Assembly: GCA_964628885.1 (NCBI GenBank)
Contig: CAZVMP010000002.1
Coordinates: forward strand, 10,330 to 74,329
DNA: 64,000 bases
Source of the DNA: an uncultured Gammaproteobacteria bacterium
GTDB taxonomy: Bacteria > Patescibacteriota > Microgenomatia > UBA12405
Direction of reading: 5' to 3'
The first letter of the stretch is position 1. Each line of letters begins with the position of its first letter. The notes beneath the pieces were generated by a model that did not search any database, was not told where the DNA came from, and saw nothing but the letters and a program-made list of their open reading frames with translations. This document shows positions 17,733-27,604 of the stretch, one piece after another. Made by a program: the position numbers and the translations under genes.

Positions 17733-18818
17733 ATGACCTATGTTTATATTCTTTTAACTCTAATTTTAGCTGCTTTAATTTTCCTTATTCTTAAAAATAA
17801 AGCTAATAAACCTGAAGACATTAGTGCTGAATTTTTTAATCAATTTAATCAAAAATTCCCAGAAATTTTAAATCAGGCCAATACTAACTTAATTAATTTG
17901 GCCAATGAAAAAGTTGGTACTGATTTAAATAATAAAAAGCAAGCCATTGAAGAATTAGTCAGTCGCGCCCTTCTTGAAATTGAAAAAAATAATAAAAAAA
18001 TGGAAGAAGTTGAAATAAAACGGACCGGCTCGTTTTCAGTTTTAACTGAAAAACTTGAGGAACAAAAATCTTTAACTAATCAGCTAAAAGTTACCACTGA
18101 AGGTTTAAAGAATGTCTTAAGTAATAATCAATTACGGGGACAATTTGGTGAACAAGTTGCTGAAGATTTACTTAAAATGTCAGGGTTTGTTAGTGGAGTT
18201 AGTTATGATAAGCAGGTTTCTGGTGATTCATCCCGACCTGATTTTACTGTTTATCTACCTGATGGCATGAAAGTTAATATTGACTCTAAATTTCCTTATC
18301 AAAATTTAGTTAAAATGAGTGAGTCTGATAATAAAGAGGAAAAAGAAAGATTTAAAAAACTTTTTGAACAAGATATTAAAACAAAAATTAAAGAAGCTAG
18401 TAGCCGGGAGTATATAAACCCCGAAGATAATACTGTTGATTTTGTCATTTTATTTATCCCCAACGAAATGATTTTTAGTTTTATTTATGATCGTTTTCCT
18501 AATGTTTGGCAAGATGCTATGGGTAAAAAAGTCGTCCTCGCCGGTCCTTTTAGTTTTACCGCAATTTTGCGGATGATTCGCCAAGCTTACGATAACTTTA
18601 GATATCAAAAAAACGTTGCCAACATCATTAGTTATATTAAAAAATTTTCCGAAGAGTTTGATAGCTATAGTAAAGGATTTAAAGACTTAGGATCTCGAAT
18701 CGAAGCTCTCCAAAGACAATATACTGCCGTTGATACTACTCGCACCAAACAGTTGGTAAAAATTGTCAACAAAATTAAAACCGAGGAAACAGGAAACTTA
18801 GAAGAACTTCATGAATAA
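17733..18818 (+). CDS. rmuC: DNA recombination protein RmuC
   Basis: An N-terminal TM segment, a long coiled coil, and the conserved RmuC core QLRGQFGEQVAEDLL...VDFVILFIPNE. Confidence 0.7.
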   Translation: MTYVYILLTLILAALIFLILKNKANKPEDISAEFFNQFNQKFPEILNQANTNLINLANEKVGTDLNNKKQAIEELVSRALLEIEKNNKKMEEVEIKRTGSFSVLTEKLEEQKSLTNQLKVTTEGLKNVLSNNQLRGQFGEQVAEDLLKMSGFVSGVSYDKQVSGDSSRPDFTVYLPDGMKVNIDSKFPYQNLVKMSESDNKEEKERFKKLFEQDIKTKIKEASSREYINPEDNTVDFVILFIPNEMIFSFIYDRFPNVWQDAMGKKVVLAGPFSFTAILRMIRQAYDNFRYQKNVANIISYIKKFSEEFDSYSKGFKDLGSRIEALQRQYTAVDTTRTKQLVKIVNKIKTEETGNLEELHE

Positions 18819-19101
18819 AAAATTTATTTATTTTTCTCTTATTATTTGGTCGGGGTTTTTACTTTTTATTAATTATGTTTCTCCTCAGTTCCTTTGGGCT
18901 AAAATCATATTTTTCTTTATTATTTTTGCTGGATCATTATCTCTGACTTTCATTTTTTTTCAAAATTATTTACTTTGTTTTTTAATTAGTTTTTATTTAA
19001 CGGTAATTTTTTTACTCCAATCATTCCGCCAATTATCTCTTATTAACCTAAGTCTATCTGCTTTGATTTTTGCTTTGATTTTTTTTATTATCAAAAACTA
19101 A
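18811..19101 (+). CDS. Small hydrophobic membrane protein (3 predicted TM helices), function unknown
   Basis: ORF only. It overlaps the rmuC stop by 8 nt. It is highly hydrophobic and F/I/L-rich. Confidence 0.3.
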   Translation: MNKKFIYFSLIIWSGFLLFINYVSPQFLWAKIIFFFIIFAGSLSLTFIFFQNYLLCFLISFYLTVIFLLQSFRQLSLINLSLSALIFALIFFIIKN

Positions 19102-19115
19102 GTTATCTATCCCTC

Positions 19116-19152
19116 TTGACAACTGTTAGCAGTCATTCTATTATATTGCTAA
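19116..19152 (+). promoter_or_regulatory. Sigma70-like promoter (TTGACA-17-TATTAT) overlapped by a CIRCE-like HrcA operator (TTAGCAGTC-N9-TATTGCTAA)
   Basis: The -35 element is at 19116-19121 and the -10 at 19139-19144. The inverted repeat at 19126-19152 matches the CIRCE consensus TTAGCACTC-N9-GAGTGCTAA in the outer TTAGCA/TGCTAA arms. It ends 1 nt before the hrcA ATG. Confidence 0.7.
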
Positions 19153-19153
19153 T

Positions 19154-19891
19154 ATGACAGACTTAACCCAGCGACAGATAAAAATTCTTAAATGTGTTAC
19201 CGAAGAATTTATTGAAACCGCCTCTCCGGTTGGTTCCGAGACTTTGGAGAAAAAATATTCTCTAGGGACTTCTTCTGCCACCATTAGAAATGAAATGGCC
19301 ACCTTAACTCAAATGGGGTTTCTTAAAAAAGGTCATCTTTCTGCTGGTAGATCTCCCACTTCCATGGGTCTTAAATACTATGTTAAAAATTTAATGACTC
19401 CTAAAAATCTCTCTGTTAGTGAAGAAGTTGGTGTCAAGGAAAAAGTTTGGGATTATCGTAACGAATTTGATTCTCTTCTTAGAGAAACTACCAAAGAGCT
19501 GGCTAGTCGCACTCGGTCTATGGCTATTGCCACTACCGACCACGGTGTTATCTATAGTCACGGAGCTTCAAATTTACTTGAAGAACCCGAGTTTTATAAC
19601 ATAGATGTTACTAAAACTGTTTTATCTCTATTAGATAATTACAATTTTTGGTTTGATATTATCAACAAAGCTTCTTCTGTCAGTGACGCTGATGATGATT
19701 TCGTTCATTTACTTATTGGTGAAGATTTGGGAATTGAACATTTAGAGCCATGTGGTTTTGTTTATCAAAAATATGAAGCTGGGCCTCATCGAGGAGTCGT
19801 TGGTGTTGTTGGTCCAGCCAGATGTCACTATCCTCATATTGTTCCTATAGTTGACTATTTTGCCGAACTTATATCTAAAATTACTCGTTAA
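19154..19891 (+). CDS. hrcA: Heat-inducible transcription repressor HrcA (short form)
   Basis: LTQRQIKILKCVTEEFIETASPVGSETL...SSATIRNEMATL matches the HrcA N-terminal wHTH. A CIRCE operator lies upstream, and grpE-dnaK-dnaJ follow downstream. Confidence 0.85.
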   Translation: MTDLTQRQIKILKCVTEEFIETASPVGSETLEKKYSLGTSSATIRNEMATLTQMGFLKKGHLSAGRSPTSMGLKYYVKNLMTPKNLSVSEEVGVKEKVWDYRNEFDSLLRETTKELASRTRSMAIATTDHGVIYSHGASNLLEEPEFYNIDVTKTVLSLLDNYNFWFDIINKASSVSDADDDFVHLLIGEDLGIEHLEPCGFVYQKYEAGPHRGVVGVVGPARCHYPHIVPIVDYFAELISKITR

Positions 19892-19899
19892 TTTTTTCT

Positions 19900-20373
19900 A
19901 TGCCAAAATCAAAAAAAACTAAACCAGATTTAGCTAGATCTAAAAAAACACCTTCTAACCAGTCTCAATTAATTACTGAGTTGGAAGTAAAACTTAAACG
20001 GTCTTTGGCCGACTATGCTAATTTAGAAAAAAGAGTTGAATCTCAACGTCAATTTTTTGTCACCCTGGCCACTACTGCCATGGTTATCAAGATGATTGAA
20101 GCTTTAGATGATTTCAATCTTACTTATAAGCATCTTCAAGATGACGGTCTTAAAATTGCCATTGATAAGTTTAAAACAGCTCTTAAAAGTGAGGGAGTAG
20201 AAGAAATTGAGGCTTTAAACCAAAAATTTAACCCTGAAGTTATGGAATGTGTTGAGGCTGTTACTGGTCCAGAAAATTTAGTTGTTTTAGTTAAAAAACC
20301 TGGTTATAAATTAAATGGTCATGTTATCCGACCGGCCCAGGTTGCCGTCGGTAAAACCAATATTAAAAATTAA
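19900..20373 (+). CDS. grpE: Nucleotide exchange factor GrpE
   Basis: Positioned between hrcA and dnaK. It has an N-terminal basic region, a coiled coil and a C-terminal beta domain (GYKLNGHVIRPAQVAV). Confidence 0.7.
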   Translation: MPKSKKTKPDLARSKKTPSNQSQLITELEVKLKRSLADYANLEKRVESQRQFFVTLATTAMVIKMIEALDDFNLTYKHLQDDGLKIAIDKFKTALKSEGVEEIEALNQKFNPEVMECVEAVTGPENLVVLVKKPGYKLNGHVIRPAQVAVGKTNIKN

Positions 20374-20390
20374 TTATTTTATAAAAAATT

Positions 20391-22316
20391 ATGTCAAACA
20401 AAATTATCGGAATCGATCTTGGTACTACCAATTCTTGTGTCGCTGTTATGGAAGGCGGCACCCCTAAAATTATTGTCAGCGCTGAAGGTCGTAATACTAT
20501 CCCTTCAGTAGTTGAGCCTATTAAAAAACTAGTTGGCGATTTGGCCAAACGGCAAATGGTTTTAAACTCTGAAAACACTGTTTATAGTGTTAAGCGACTT
20601 ATGGGTCGCCGAATAGATGATCCTGAGGTAAAAAAGACTCAATCTGTCTCTCCTTATAAAATTGTTGCCGGCAAAGACAAAATGGCTGCAGTTGAAATTG
20701 GAGGTAAGGCTTACACTCCCCAAGAAATTTCAGCCATGATTATTCAAAAGGCTAAAACTGATGCCGAAAAATATTTAGGTGAAAAAGTTACTGATGCCGT
20801 TATTACCGTTCCTGCTTATTTTGACGACTCTCAGCGTCAGGCTACTAAACAGGCTGGTGAAATTGCCGGTCTTAACGTTCAGCGGATTGTTAACGAACCA
20901 ACTGCGGCAGCTTTAACCTATGGTGTCGACAAAAAGAAGTCAGGAGTTGTTGCTGTTTATGATTTAGGTGGTGGTACTTTTGATATTTCTATCCTAGATA
21001 TTGGCGATGGGGTTATTGAGGTTATGGCTACCAACGGTGATACTTTCCTTGGCGGTGATGATTTTGATCAAAAAATTATTACTTGGATTATTGACGATTT
21101 CCAAAAACAAAATGGAGTTGATTTAGGTAAAGATCCTCAAGCTCTTCAACGGGTTAGAGAGGCTGCTGAAAAAGCTAAAATTGAGTTAAGTAGTGCTATT
21201 GAAACCGAAATTAACCTTCCTTTTATTACTCAAAAAGACGGCAATCCTCTCCATCTTACCAAAAAAATGACTCGGTCTGAGTTAGAAAAAATAGTTGATG
21301 AATTGATTCAAAAAACTCTTGATCCAATCGAAAAATGTTTACAAGATGCCAACAAAAAATCAGACGGTAAAATAACCAAATCAACCATTTCTGAAGTGAT
21401 TATGGTTGGAGGGATGACTCGGATGCCTAAAGTTCAGGAAGTTGTTAAGAAATTTTTTAACAAAGATCTTGATGTCAGCGTTAATCCAGATGAAGTTGTT
21501 GCTGTTGGGGCAGCTATCCAAGGAGCCTCTCTTACTGGAGAGTCTCAGTTTAAAGACATTGTTTTACTTGATGTCACTCCATTAACTTTTGGGATTGAAA
21601 CTGCCGGTGGTGTTCGGACTCCACTAATTGATCGTAATACCACTGTTCCTATTAAGAAATCTCAGATTTTTACTACCTATTCTGATAATCAACCTCAGGT
21701 AGAAATTAATGTTCTTCAAGGTGAAAGGCCTATGGCTGCTGATAATAAGTCTCTCGGCCGCTTTATTCTTGACGGAATTGCTCCTGCTCCTCGAGGGATG
21801 CCTCAAATTGAAGTTACTTTTGATATTGACAGCAATGGTATTTTGTCAGTTTCTGCCAAAGACAAGGGGACTGGTAAGGAACAGCGAATTACTATTCAAA
21901 ACGCCACTAATTTAAAAGAAGATGAAATTGAGCAGATGAAGAAAGATGCCGAAGCTCATGCTAGAGAAGACGAAGACAAACGACTTTTAGCTGAAGCTAA
22001 AAACAAACTCGATGGCACTATCTTCTCTGGTGAGAAAACTCTTAAAGATTTTGCCGACAAAATTAAACCTGAAGATAAAGAAAAAATTGAGTCAAAACTT
22101 AAGGAATCTAAAGAGGTTCTTGCCAAAACCGATGTTCAGATTGATGAACTTAATAAAATTAGCGAAGAGTTAAGTCAGATTTTACAAACCGTCGGTGCTG
22201 CTATTTATCAGCAACAACCACCTGAAGCTGATCAAGCTCAACCTCAAGCTAACCCTGAAGCAGAACCTAAATCAGATGATAAAAAAGAAGCTGAAGAAGG
22301 TGAGGTTGTTAATTAA
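20391..22316 (+). CDS. dnaK: Molecular chaperone DnaK (Hsp70)
   Basis: [22 protein letters not shown] and the EEV tail are diagnostic. Confidence 0.95.
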   Translation: MSNKIIGIDLGTTNSCVAVMEGGTPKIIVSAEGRNTIPSVVEPIKKLVGDLAKRQMVLNSENTVYSVKRLMGRRIDDPEVKKTQSVSPYKIVAGKDKMAAVEIGGKAYTPQEISAMIIQKAKTDAEKYLGEKVTDAVITVPAYFDDSQRQATKQAGEIAGLNVQRIVNEPTAAALTYGVDKKKSGVVAVYDLGGGTFDISILDIGDGVIEVMATNGDTFLGGDDFDQKIITWIIDDFQKQNGVDLGKDPQALQRVREAAEKAKIELSSAIETEINLPFITQKDGNPLHLTKKMTRSELEKIVDELIQKTLDPIEKCLQDANKKSDGKITKSTISEVIMVGGMTRMPKVQEVVKKFFNKDLDVSVNPDEVVAVGAAIQGASLTGESQFKDIVLLDVTPLTFGIETAGGVRTPLIDRNTTVPIKKSQIFTTYSDNQPQVEINVLQGERPMAADNKSLGRFILDGIAPAPRGMPQIEVTFDIDSNGILSVSAKDKGTGKEQRITIQNATNLKEDEIEQMKKDAEAHAREDEDKRLLAEAKNKLDGTIFSGEKTLKDFADKIKPEDKEKIESKLKESKEVLAKTDVQIDELNKISEELSQILQTVGAAIYQQQPPEADQAQPQANPEAEPKSDDKKEAEEGEVVN

Positions 22317-22325
22317 TAAATTTGC

Positions 22326-22351
22326 TTAATTGGTACCCCGCACTGGCGGGG
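22326..22351 (+). terminator. GC-rich stem-loop after dnaK (GGTACCCCGC-actg-GCGGGGTACC)
   Basis: A perfect 10-bp stem. It is followed by AAAAC rather than a T-run, so it may act as an attenuator or RNA-stability element between dnaK and dnaJ. Confidence 0.45.
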
Positions 22352-22561
22352 TACCAAAACTATGTCTATTATTGGAAAAAAAGTCTTACCAAAATACTTT
22401 AAAAGACTTTTAACTGGTAATAAAAACCTTAAATTACAACTCAATAATTTTATTTGTAAAAAAGTGACTTACCTTACCAAATTCAAGATAGGTAAATTCT
22501 TTTTGCCAAAATCAGAAATTGAAAACAAGGTTATTCAAATAATTGCGTTAAAATAAACTTT

Positions 22562-23419
22562 ATGAAAAAAGATTTTTACGAGGTTCTAGGAGTTTCTAAA
22601 AACGCCACTAAAAGTGATATCAAAAGTGCTTATCGCAAAATGGCTTTAAAATTTCACCCTGATAAAAATAAGGCTTCCGATGCTGAAGATCGATTTAAAG
22701 AAATCAACGAAGCTTATGAAGTTTTAAGTAACGATCAAAAAAAATCCGCCTACGATCAGTTTGGTCATGCTGCCTTTGATCCTAATGCCGGTCCTTCTGG
22801 GGGTCGGACCTATACTCAACAAAACGGCCCTTTTAACTTTACCTACACTCAAACCGGTGGCAACGTTGGTGGTGCTGATTTTGACTTTGGTGGTTTTTCT
22901 AATCCTTTTGATATTTTTGAACAATTTTTTGGGGCCGGTTTTACTAATCAGCAAAGCCGCGGCAGACGCCTAGAAACTTATAAAATTAGTATTTCTTTTT
23001 TAGAAGCTGCCAAAGGAGTTGAGAAAGAATTTAATATTGATGGTAAGCACCATAAAATTAAAATTCCTGCTGGAGTCGATGATGGTCAACAAATTAGATT
23101 TAAAGATTTTATTCTTTATATCGATGTTCTCCCAGATAAAACTTTCAAACGTGAAGGTAATGATATTTTTGTCACTATCAATTTAACTTTTTCTCAAGCC
23201 GTTTTGGGAACCGAAATTGAAGTTCCTACTTTAACCGAACCGGTTAAAATTAAGGTTAAATCGGGAACTCAACCTAACACTCTTATTCGTCTTCGTGGCC
23301 GTGGCATCAAACAACTTTCTGGCTTTGGTATTGGTGACCTTTATATTCGTCTGATGGTTCAAATACCTACTAGATTATCTCTTCGACAAAAAGAATTAAT
23401 CAAAGAACTTGGTTTGTAG
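22562..23419 (+). CDS. dnaJ: DnaJ-family co-chaperone lacking the Zn-finger (type II/CbpA-like)
   Basis: J-domain DFYEVLGVSKNATKSDIKSAYRKMALKFHPDKN. A G/F-rich linker and C-terminal substrate-binding domains are present. There are no CxxCxGxG repeats. Confidence 0.8.
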   Translation: MKKDFYEVLGVSKNATKSDIKSAYRKMALKFHPDKNKASDAEDRFKEINEAYEVLSNDQKKSAYDQFGHAAFDPNAGPSGGRTYTQQNGPFNFTYTQTGGNVGGADFDFGGFSNPFDIFEQFFGAGFTNQQSRGRRLETYKISISFLEAAKGVEKEFNIDGKHHKIKIPAGVDDGQQIRFKDFILYIDVLPDKTFKREGNDIFVTINLTFSQAVLGTEIEVPTLTEPVKIKVKSGTQPNTLIRLRGRGIKQLSGFGIGDLYIRLMVQIPTRLSLRQKELIKELGL

Positions 23420-23517
23420 TCTAAATTAGATGTGATAAAATACCAAAAACTTAGGAAATATCCTTTGTTTGTCCAAAAGCGGACTAGCACCTAAAAAAAA
23501 GATTGGAGGAAGGTCAA

Positions 23518-24078
23518 ATGATGAGTCTGTCAGAAACCATTGCTTCTCACTTGAGACTGTCGGCAGAAAATGCCAAAGAAAGAGAAAAGGAGTTAAGGGA
23601 AAAAGAACGCCTAAAAGCAGCAGTAGAAAAGAAAAAAGCAGCAGCAAGAAAAAGAAAGGAGATTAAAAAAGAAAGAGAAGCACAAAAAAGGTACCTTGCT
23701 GATAAGGCAAGGTTTGAGAATCAAGGTCTTCTAGAGATCCTGAATCTTATTATTCAAGGTTTAAATAGTAACAGAGCTGATTTCTTACCTGTCAAGAAAA
23801 GAATCATCGACTATTTTGCCAAGAACCCTCACAATGAAAGGATTCACCAAGGAGTTGTTCTGTTTTCTATCACCATTACAGACTCAACTCGATTTGTCGC
23901 TACCTTAACCTGTGCCTGGGACTTTTATCGTCGAAATGTTTTCAAAATTTCTTACGAAGGAGGACGGGCTGTTCTTAATAGTGACTTGTCTCCTTCGGGT
24001 AAAAAAGAAGAGGTTAAACTTTCAGCCACTCCAAATGAGGCAGCCAAAAAAATCATTGATTTTTTAATGACTGTCTAA
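23518..24078 (+). CDS. Hypothetical protein with a K/E-rich coiled-coil N-terminus; compositionally atypical
   Basis: GGAGGAAGG is 5 nt upstream of ATG 23518. AAG/GAG codon preference and higher GC differ from the neighbouring AAA/GAA usage. The ORF-track TTG start at 23503 is less likely. Confidence 0.4.
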   Translation: MMSLSETIASHLRLSAENAKEREKELREKERLKAAVEKKKAAARKRKEIKKEREAQKRYLADKARFENQGLLEILNLIIQGLNSNRADFLPVKKRIIDYFAKNPHNERIHQGVVLFSITITDSTRFVATLTCAWDFYRRNVFKISYEGGRAVLNSDLSPSGKKEEVKLSATPNEAAKKIIDFLMTV

Positions 24079-24084
24079 AACATT

Positions 24085-24127
24085 GCGCCCATCGGGTTAC
24101 AAAAAAACAAATGGGCGCTTTTTTTTT
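24085..24127 (+). terminator. Rho-independent terminator (GCGCCCAT...ATGGGCGC followed by T9)
   Basis: An 8-bp GC-rich stem followed by a 9-T run, read directly from the sequence. Confidence 0.75.
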
Positions 24128-24184
24128 ATCGATATTCTGCTATAATAAACCCGTTAATATAAATTTTTGCGGTTTAAAAATAAT

Positions 24185-24207
24185 GGGGCTGGTACAGCCC
24201 CTTTTTT
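24185..24207 (+). terminator. Second hairpin plus T-run (GGGGCTG-gta-CAGCCCC-TTTTTT) about 25 nt upstream of nusA; terminator or leader attenuator
   Basis: Read directly from the sequence. TATAAT at 24141-24146 lies between the two hairpins. Confidence 0.55.
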
Positions 24208-24230
24208 AGTAAACCATTAAAAGGAGACTT

Positions 24231-25217
24231 ATGGATTTAAAAAAACTACCAAAAACAGAGTTTGCTGCTGCTGTGGCTCAAATTGCCGGCGAGCGTAATA
24301 TTGACGTTCAATCCATCTTAGACTCCATTGAGCTTGGACTTATTTCTGCTTATAAACGTGATCAAAAAGAACGTGGTACCGAAGTTTCTGAAGAGGATAA
24401 ATTTGAAATTGAACTCTCAGCTGACAGTGGTTCTTTTAAGGTTTTTAAACTTAACGGTGATCAAAAAATAGAAGTTACTCCTCCTGGTTTTGGTCGAATT
24501 GCTGCTCAAACTGCCAAACAGGTGATTGATCAAAAAATTCATGAAGTTGAAAAAGAAACCATTGTTACTGAATTTCAAAAGAAAATTGGGAGTTTGATCC
24601 CGGGAATTGCCCTACGCTCAGACCCTTATAAACTAGTTGTTGGTGTCGGTAAAACTGAAGGTATTTGTCCTAAAGATGAACAAATACGTAACGAGGTCAT
24701 TCAGCTAGGTAGTCGCAAGTGGTTTTTACTTAAATCTATTATTAAAGATGAAACCGGTAAAAGTGAAATTGTCCTTTCTCGTCGTGATCCTGAATTTATT
24801 AAGCAACTGTTTGTTCGTGAGGTTCCTGAAGTTGGTAATAAGTCGGTTACTATTGAAAGAATCGCCAGATCTGCTGGTGAAAGAACTAAAATTGCTGTTT
24901 ATTCTACTCAAGCAGGAGTCGACCCTGTTGGTTCTTGTATTGGTCAAAAAGGATCTCGAATTCAAGCCATCCTTAATGAACTTCCACCATCAGAGAAAGT
25001 CGACGTCGTTCCTTTTTCAAAAAATATCAATCATTTTGTAGTTCAAGCTTTATCACCAGCTCAAGATATTAAAGTTATTTCTATCAACGATGATATTGCT
25101 ACCGTTTCCGTTCCCGAAAACCAGTTAGCCCTGGCTATTGGTGGTGGTGGCGAAAATGTCCGTTTAGCCGGGCAACTAGTTGGACTAGAAATTAAAATCA
25201 CCCAAGATCAGGAATAA
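24231..25217 (+). CDS. nusA: Transcription termination/antitermination factor NusA (no C-terminal AR domains)
   Basis: The N-terminal domain is followed by the S1 and KH regions: VGNKSVTIERIARSAGERTKIAVYSTQAGVDPVGSCIGQKGSRIQAI. AAAAGGAG ribosome-binding site. Confidence 0.85.
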   Translation: MDLKKLPKTEFAAAVAQIAGERNIDVQSILDSIELGLISAYKRDQKERGTEVSEEDKFEIELSADSGSFKVFKLNGDQKIEVTPPGFGRIAAQTAKQVIDQKIHEVEKETIVTEFQKKIGSLIPGIALRSDPYKLVVGVGKTEGICPKDEQIRNEVIQLGSRKWFLLKSIIKDETGKSEIVLSRRDPEFIKQLFVREVPEVGNKSVTIERIARSAGERTKIAVYSTQAGVDPVGSCIGQKGSRIQAILNELPPSEKVDVVPFSKNINHFVVQALSPAQDIKVISINDDIATVSVPENQLALAIGGGGENVRLAGQLVGLEIKITQDQE

Positions 25218-25242
25218 TTTATAGTTTCTGATTTTTAAAAAT

Positions 25243-26658
25243 ATGACACAATCTAAATCTACTATTATTTTTCGTCCCCCGATTGTCACCGTTATGGGTC
25301 ATATTGATCATGGTAAAACTAGTCTTTTGGATAAAATTAGATCCACTGATATTACCCATCGAGAAGCCGGAGGTATCACTCAACACATTGGGGCTCATCA
25401 GGTTCAGGGGATTACTTTTATCGATACTCCTGGGCATGCCGCCTTTTGTGACATGCGTTCTCGTGGTGCTAGTATTACTGATATTATTGTTTTGGTCGTA
25501 GCTGCTACCGAAGGAATTATGCCTCAAACTAAAGAATGTATTGAGCATATTAAACGGAGCGATATCCCCTTTATTGTCGCCATGAATAAGATGGATTTAG
25601 AGAACATCTCTCCTGATAAAGTTAAAGGGCAGTTGGTTGAAATTGGTCTTACTCCAGAAGAGTATGGTGGTCAGGTAGCCGTTGTTCCTGTTTCTGCTAA
25701 AACAGGTCAGGGGATTGACCAATTACTTGACCTCATTAAACTTAATGCTGAAATTTTAGAATTAACATCTTATCCTGATAAACCCTTAAAAGCTTTTGTT
25801 ATTGAATCTAAACTTGACAAGTCTCGTGGCCCAGTGGCTTCACTTATAATTCAGGAAGGTACTTTAAGCTTAGGAGATCATGTCTATGCTGATGATGTTT
25901 TGTGTAAGGTTAAAGCTATTGTTGATGATAAGGGTCAAAATCTTAAATCTGCCGGTCCTAGTCTTCCAGTTGAAGTTTTGGGCTTTGAATTAGTTCCTTG
26001 TGTTGGTAGTCAAGTTACTCCGGAAAAACATCAGCCTACTGCCGAATCTCAATGTAAGGTTAGGTATGAGTACGATGAGGATAATCCCAAACTAAAAATT
26101 ATTCTTAAGGCCGATGTTGAAGGTACTCTTGAAGCTCTTAAAAACAGTTTTTCTGATGATGTTTATCTCCTCTCTGAGGGGGTCGGTGCTGTTACTGACA
26201 ATGATGTCTTTATGGCTGAAACTGGCGATGCTCAAATCTTTGCTTTTAGTGTCAACACTCCTAAACAAATTCTTAAGTTAGCTGAGAAGAGTCAGGTTAA
26301 AATTTTTCAGTCAAAAATTATTTATGAGATTATTGAAAATATTCAATCTCAAGTTCTTAAAATGTTAGAACCGACTATTGATGAGACTATTCTTGGAGAA
26401 GGTCTTATTAAAGCTGAATTTAAAATTGATAAGGTTAGAATTGCTGGAGTTCAATGTACTAAAGGTGAAATTACTAAAGGCGACTTAATTCATCTTAAAA
26501 GAGATGGAAAAATTATTAAAGATACTAAGGTTGAGGGAGTTCGTCGTGGCAAAGATATTGTTGATAAAATTAAATCTGGCTCTGATTGTGGAATGACTTT
26601 TAAGCCTTATATTGACTTTAAGTTAAACGATGTTATAATATCCTATAACAAGACGTAA
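25243..26658 (+). CDS. infB: Translation initiation factor IF-2 (N-terminally minimal)
   Basis: G-domain [21 protein letters not shown] and NKMD motifs, plus the C-terminal beta-barrels. Confidence 0.9.
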   Translation: MTQSKSTIIFRPPIVTVMGHIDHGKTSLLDKIRSTDITHREAGGITQHIGAHQVQGITFIDTPGHAAFCDMRSRGASITDIIVLVVAATEGIMPQTKECIEHIKRSDIPFIVAMNKMDLENISPDKVKGQLVEIGLTPEEYGGQVAVVPVSAKTGQGIDQLLDLIKLNAEILELTSYPDKPLKAFVIESKLDKSRGPVASLIIQEGTLSLGDHVYADDVLCKVKAIVDDKGQNLKSAGPSLPVEVLGFELVPCVGSQVTPEKHQPTAESQCKVRYEYDEDNPKLKIILKADVEGTLEALKNSFSDDVYLLSEGVGAVTDNDVFMAETGDAQIFAFSVNTPKQILKLAEKSQVKIFQSKIIYEIIENIQSQVLKMLEPTIDETILGEGLIKAEFKIDKVRIAGVQCTKGEITKGDLIHLKRDGKIIKDTKVEGVRRGKDIVDKIKSGSDCGMTFKPYIDFKLNDVIISYNKT

Positions 26659-26761
26659 ACGGCACTAAATTAGGTTGCTGTTTAGTCTTTTTTAACTGCC
26701 AAGTTAATTAATAAGAATTTAAAAAAGCAGGGTTTCTCAATTACCAGAAACAAAATTTCTT

Positions 26762-27511
26762 ATGAAAAATTACAAAGTCCAGGATATTAAAAATTTACTT
26801 CAGACTGCCAAGTCCGCTTTGATTGTAGTCCCTCAATTAAGTATTGATAGTTTATCTGCCGGTCTAGCTCTAGCCTTGTCTCTTAAGGATAATAATATTG
26901 AAACTAAAATCTTCTGTCCTCAGAAACCGGACGATAATTATTCTAAGCTTAGTGGTCTTGAATTAGTTACTGACACTCATGATCAAAATGATTTAGTAAT
27001 TACTCTTGATTATCCTCTTGATCAGATTGAAACTGTTAATTATAACCAGGATAACGGCAAACTTAATTTAGTTGTCCAAACTAAAGATGGTTCTCCTAAA
27101 GTTTCTCAAAATCAAATTTTAATTGCTAATCAATCTGGAAGTGCTGATATCAACTTTATTTTAGGTGATGAAACTAGCCTAGGAGTTAATTCTAATATTG
27201 TTAATTCTGGTACTTGGGTTCAAATTTCCCCTAATAATAATATTAAACCTTGGGCTAAAGCCAGCTTAGTTGATCAAGATGCTCCTTATTCAGAAATGTT
27301 TACTTTCTTTTTACCGATGCTGGGATTTAATCTTAATCAAGATACTGCTAAAAACCTACTTATTGGCTTGCGTGTTGCTACTCAGTCGTTTTCTATTAAT
27401 GTTTCTCCAGAAACCTTTGAAGCTGGGGCTCTTTGTCTTCGTGCTACTCAATCATCTCCTCCTCAAGAAGTTCAAGTTAAACCTGACTCAAACTTTGTTC
27501 CCACCGCTTAA
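26762..27511 (+). CDS. Hypothetical protein, possibly a catalytically degenerate DHH/NrnA-like domain
   Basis: SALIVVPQLSIDSLSAGLALALSLK aligns with the DHH motif region of NrnA (HVNPDGDALGS..AL) but lacks the Asp/His residues. Its position after infB parallels nrnA/cnpB in some operons. Confidence 0.3.
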   Translation: MKNYKVQDIKNLLQTAKSALIVVPQLSIDSLSAGLALALSLKDNNIETKIFCPQKPDDNYSKLSGLELVTDTHDQNDLVITLDYPLDQIETVNYNQDNGKLNLVVQTKDGSPKVSQNQILIANQSGSADINFILGDETSLGVNSNIVNSGTWVQISPNNNIKPWAKASLVDQDAPYSEMFTFFLPMLGFNLNQDTAKNLLIGLRVATQSFSINVSPETFEAGALCLRATQSSPPQEVQVKPDSNFVPTA

Positions 27512-27604
27512 TAACTTCGTGTTATAATCTCTCCTAGACTAAAAACGGTTTTTGGGTTGCTATTCCTAAATATTATTATTTTACCGATTTTAGCCGCATA
27601 ACTT

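Noticed and set aside
22362-22556. 64-aa ORF in the dnaK-dnaJ spacer
   Set aside because: K/L/I-rich low-complexity translation, no RBS, and it sits in a structured intergenic region. It is treated as non-coding.
24085-24207. Tandem hairpins downstream of the orphan gene considered as a tRNA or other structured RNA gene
   Set aside because: Each is a simple stem-loop followed by a T-run. There is no cloverleaf arm arrangement and no conserved tRNA boxes. They read as intrinsic terminators or an attenuator.
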